Source: a virus. Taken from it: 64,000 nt of DNA. Both the position numbers and the translations under genes were made by a program. Numbering within the stretch: position 1 is the first letter of the stretch; each line of letters starts with the position of its first letter. The DNA lies in IMG/VR virus record IMGVR_UViG_3300021375_000018, positions 1 to 64,000 of that record. The stretch is one strand, 5' to 3'. Positions 61,445 to 64,000 of this stretch are shown in pieces. Below the pieces are notes generated by a model that was not told the origin of the DNA, ran no database searches, and was given only the letters and a program-made list of their open reading frames with translations.

Positions 61445-61482
61445 TATAGTTAATCCAAGAAAACATTTCCGGAGAAAGTTTT

Positions 61483-62406
61483 ATGGAAGAAAAAGAATAT
61501 CGAAAAAATATTAGCTGCAAAAACTGTAAGATAGAATTTATTGTAAGATTTAAAATGTCAGATCAAGGTTCTATTGCAAAGTGCAATAAACTATATTGTA
61601 GTAAATTATGCAAAAAAGAATATCTTAAAAAAAATGGTACAAGTAATTCTATAGAACTTGTGTGTAGATATTGCAAATGCACTTACTATAAGCCTGAATC
61701 ACTTTCAAAAAACTCAAAATTCTGTAGTAGAGTTTGCCAAAATAGAAGTTATGCCAGTAGAAACAAGAAAGAAAAAAAGAACATTAATTGTAAAAACTGC
61801 AATAAAACTTTTATTGTTATAGAAAACTCTAAAAGAAAGTACTGCAGTCATGAATGTAGTCATGCTGGACAAAAAGGCAAGACAAAAATATTTACATGTG
61901 CAGTCTGCAAGGAAGAAAAGCACATACTTGAAAATGACAATAGGATGTATTGTGGTAGAAATTGCCAGTATAAGGCACAGTCTTTAGGTTTAATTAAGAT
62001 TCCAACAAAAGGAAGATCAGGTTATAGAACTGATTTGCCTGATGATATGCGTTTTAAAAGTTCACTTGAAGCAGACTATGCAAGATTTTTAAAATATAAA
62101 AAAATAGACTTTAAATATGAAAGTAAGTGCTTTGAGCTTATTGACAAAGGTAAAATAAGAAGATATACACCAGACTTTTACATAGAAAAAGAAGGCTTAT
62201 ATGTTGAATTAAAAGCAGGTAGAAAAGACAAGAAATACTCTAAAAATTTAGAGTGCGTGCAATTAGTAAAAAATATTGGTTACAATATAAAAGTAATATA
62301 CATGTCGGAATTTTATGACATGCTTAAGAAAGAAAAATTATATGAGGAGATTCCAAACATTGAAAGACGCAACTACAAAAAGTCAAGACACCTTATACGA
62401 AATTGA
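61483..62406 (+). CDS. Zinc-finger-repeat PD-(D/E)XK homing endonuclease between the split-intein halves
   Basis: Multiple CxxC..YCS.xC repeats; FKSSLEADYAR, YTPDF, VELK; different frame from dnaE. Confidence 0.8.
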   Translation: MEEKEYRKNISCKNCKIEFIVRFKMSDQGSIAKCNKLYCSKLCKKEYLKKNGTSNSIELVCRYCKCTYYKPESLSKNSKFCSRVCQNRSYASRNKKEKKNINCKNCNKTFIVIENSKRKYCSHECSHAGQKGKTKIFTCAVCKEEKHILENDNRMYCGRNCQYKAQSLGLIKIPTKGRSGYRTDLPDDMRFKSSLEADYARFLKYKKIDFKYESKCFELIDKGKIRRYTPDFYIEKEGLYVELKAGRKDKKYSKNLECVQLVKNIGYNIKVIYMSEFYDMLKKEKLYEEIPNIERRNYKKSRHLIRN

Positions 62407-62518
62407 AGAAATTAATTTTGTTCACTATACTCGAGATATGATTGATATTGAAGTAGAAGGTGATCACACTTTCTATATTTCAGAAAATCCTGACGCTGAT
62501 TTTGTTTTGACACATAAT
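62360..62518 (+). mobile_element. Split intein C half (53 aa)
   Basis: DIEVEGDHTF block F; THN terminus followed by Thr+1. Confidence 0.88.
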
Positions 62519-64000
62519 ACAAGCTGGCCAGACATTGATACTGATGCAGGTGATAGAGATGAACTAATAAATGCTGCAAGAGAATTATATGGTAACGATG
62601 CTGTTATCCCAGTTTCAAACTTCAACACTCTTAAGCTTAAGTCTCTTGTCAAAGATATTGCAAAGTTTTATGATATTCCTTTTGACGAAGTCAATAAAGT
62701 CACAGGACCTTTACAAGAACAAGTCATGCAACTTGCTATGGATAAAAATCAAGAAAAGTCTGTATTTGTTTTAAAACATGAAGATTGTATGAAATATTCA
62801 GTTGAATATAATGAGTTTATGACAAAGTATCCAGAAGTTGCTGAACATGTTGAAACTCTGTTTATGCAAAACAGAGCTATTGGTAGACATGCTGGAGGTG
62901 TTATAATAGCAGATGCTGATAAGCTTGAACAATCAATGCCAATTGTTGGTGTTCGAGGTGAATTACAAACACCCTGGACTGAAGGTATGAACTTTAGAAA
63001 TCTTGAAGATAATGGCTTTCTTAAGTTTGATTTCTTAGGATTAACACTGCTTAAAGATGTAGAAAATTGTATTTATCGTATTCTTAAAAAGAAGGGTAAT
63101 GAAAATCCAACATTTTTAGATGCAAGATCTTTCTTTGACAAACATTTAAATTGTAGATACGTTAAACAAGATGATCTTAAAGTTTGGGAACACGTTTATA
63201 AAAATGGTAGATTTTGTGGAATATTTCAATTTACTGCTCCTGGCGCTAGAAATTTTGCAATAGAAGCTGAACCTGATTCTATTGAGGAATTGGCTGCGCT
63301 AACTGCGATTTATCGTCCGGGACCACTTAAAGCAAATGTCCATAAGAAATATGTTAAGGCTAAAAGAAATGTTGCAGACATCAAGTATGATCACCCTATC
63401 ATTGAAAAGATACTAGGCCCAACATACAACTATGTAGTATTTCAGGAACAATTTATGTTATTGGCTCAAGAGCTAAGTGGCTTTAATCCTGGTGAAGCTG
63501 ATAAACTTAGAAAAACATTAGTTAAAAAATCATTAGATACACTTCATTCTAAAGGATCAGAGAAAGCAATTGCTAGAGAAAAGTTTATAAAGGGTGCTAA
63601 AGAGTTGAACGACGTTCCCGAGCACATATCGTCTAAGTTATGGGCAGACATAGAAAACTTCGCGGTTTACGGCTTTAATAAAAGTTTACTGTTTAATACT
63701 TTAGTAGATACTTATGATTATAATGGAAATTATTTAGAAACAAAGGAGATTAAAGATGTTATTCCTGGGGTTTATGTTAAGTCAAGAGACGAAGAAACAA
63801 AAGAAGATATCTTTACACAAGTATTGGCAAATCATGATCATGGAGAAGTGCCAACTTTTAAGATTACATTGGAGGATGGACAAAGTGTTGAATGTACAAT
63901 GCATCATAAGTTTAGAGTTGAAGATGGAAGGATGTTGCCGCTATGGTACATAATACAAGAAGATCTTTCGATTGTGTGTGTGGAAAAAGTTTTGCAAACA
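62360..64000 (+). CDS. dnaE: Split-intein C half plus DNA polymerase III alpha C-terminal part (runs off the window end)
   Basis: Manual translation from TTG 62360 (GAGGAG RBS at 62344-49): ..VLTHN|TSWPDIDTD, GRHAGGV, KFDFLGL, GIFQF, RPGP, FQEQ, YGFNK; open to the window end, so absent from the ORF track. Confidence 0.9.
   Translation, partial: MKDATTKSQDTLYEIEEINFVHYTRDMIDIEVEGDHTFYISENPDADFVLTHNTSWPDIDTDAGDRDELINAARELYGNDAVIPVSNFNTLKLKSLVKDIAKFYDIPFDEVNKVTGPLQEQVMQLAMDKNQEKSVFVLKHEDCMKYSVEYNEFMTKYPEVAEHVETLFMQNRAIGRHAGGVIIADADKLEQSMPIVGVRGELQTPWTEGMNFRNLEDNGFLKFDFLGLTLLKDVENCIYRILKKKGNENPTFLDARSFFDKHLNCRYVKQDDLKVWEHVYKNGRFCGIFQFTAPGARNFAIEAEPDSIEELAALTAIYRPGPLKANVHKKYVKAKRNVADIKYDHPIIEKILGPTYNYVVFQEQFMLLAQELSGFNPGEADKLRKTLVKKSLDTLHSKGSEKAIAREKFIKGAKELNDVPEHISSKLWADIENFAVYGFNKSLLFNTLVDTYDYNGNYLETKEIKDVIPGVYVKSRDEETKEDIFTQVLANHDHGEVPTFKITLEDGQSVECTMHHKFRVEDGRMLPLWYIIQEDLSIVCVEKVLQT
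63683..64000 (+). mobile_element. Second intein in dnaE (N-terminal part, truncated by the window)
   Basis: YGFNK|SLLFNTLV replaces the conserved FNKSH; KITLEDG..ECTMHHKF block B. Confidence 0.8.

Noticed and set aside
916-63953. Short antisense or overlapping ORFs in the track (e.g. 11859..12425, 20559..21110, 62571..62774, 63756..63953)
   Set aside because: They are shadows of well-supported genes, with no RBS or motifs; the last two overlap the true dnaE-C frame

Overview
AT-rich 64-kb segment of a large contractile-tailed (jumbo, T4-like architecture) bacteriophage. 0.3-29.7 kb is a late morphogenesis module: neck, tail terminator, three tail-sheath paralogs, tube, chaperone with a probable frameshift, tape measure and baseplate. 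29.7-48.9 kb holds replication and nucleotide genes: minimal family-A polymerase, SSB, RecA, 5'-3' exonuclease, DnaB, dUTPase, NrdAB, ClpP, an amidase, ThyX, and an odd cluster with a second Cys-variant ThyX. 48.9-59.6 kb is an accessory region of minus-strand genes that share an N-terminal leader. From 59.7 kb to the end lies a fragmented dnaE. The most unusual feature is the 5' end of dnaE. The PHP motif reads HSHSTF-S-TAG-I-STFDG, with the in-frame TAG inside an ~81-nt hairpin and an alternative tetraloop hairpin (candidate programmed bypass or readthrough). Upstream is an array of repeated cassettes, each combining a bidirectional promoter, a dnaE 5' stub (two of three break at the same codon) and a variable late gene with a capsid-targeting-like leader. 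dnaE is also split by a split intein with an endonuclease gene between the halves, and carries a second intein. All product calls come from motif recognition by eye; no database searches or folding programs were run.
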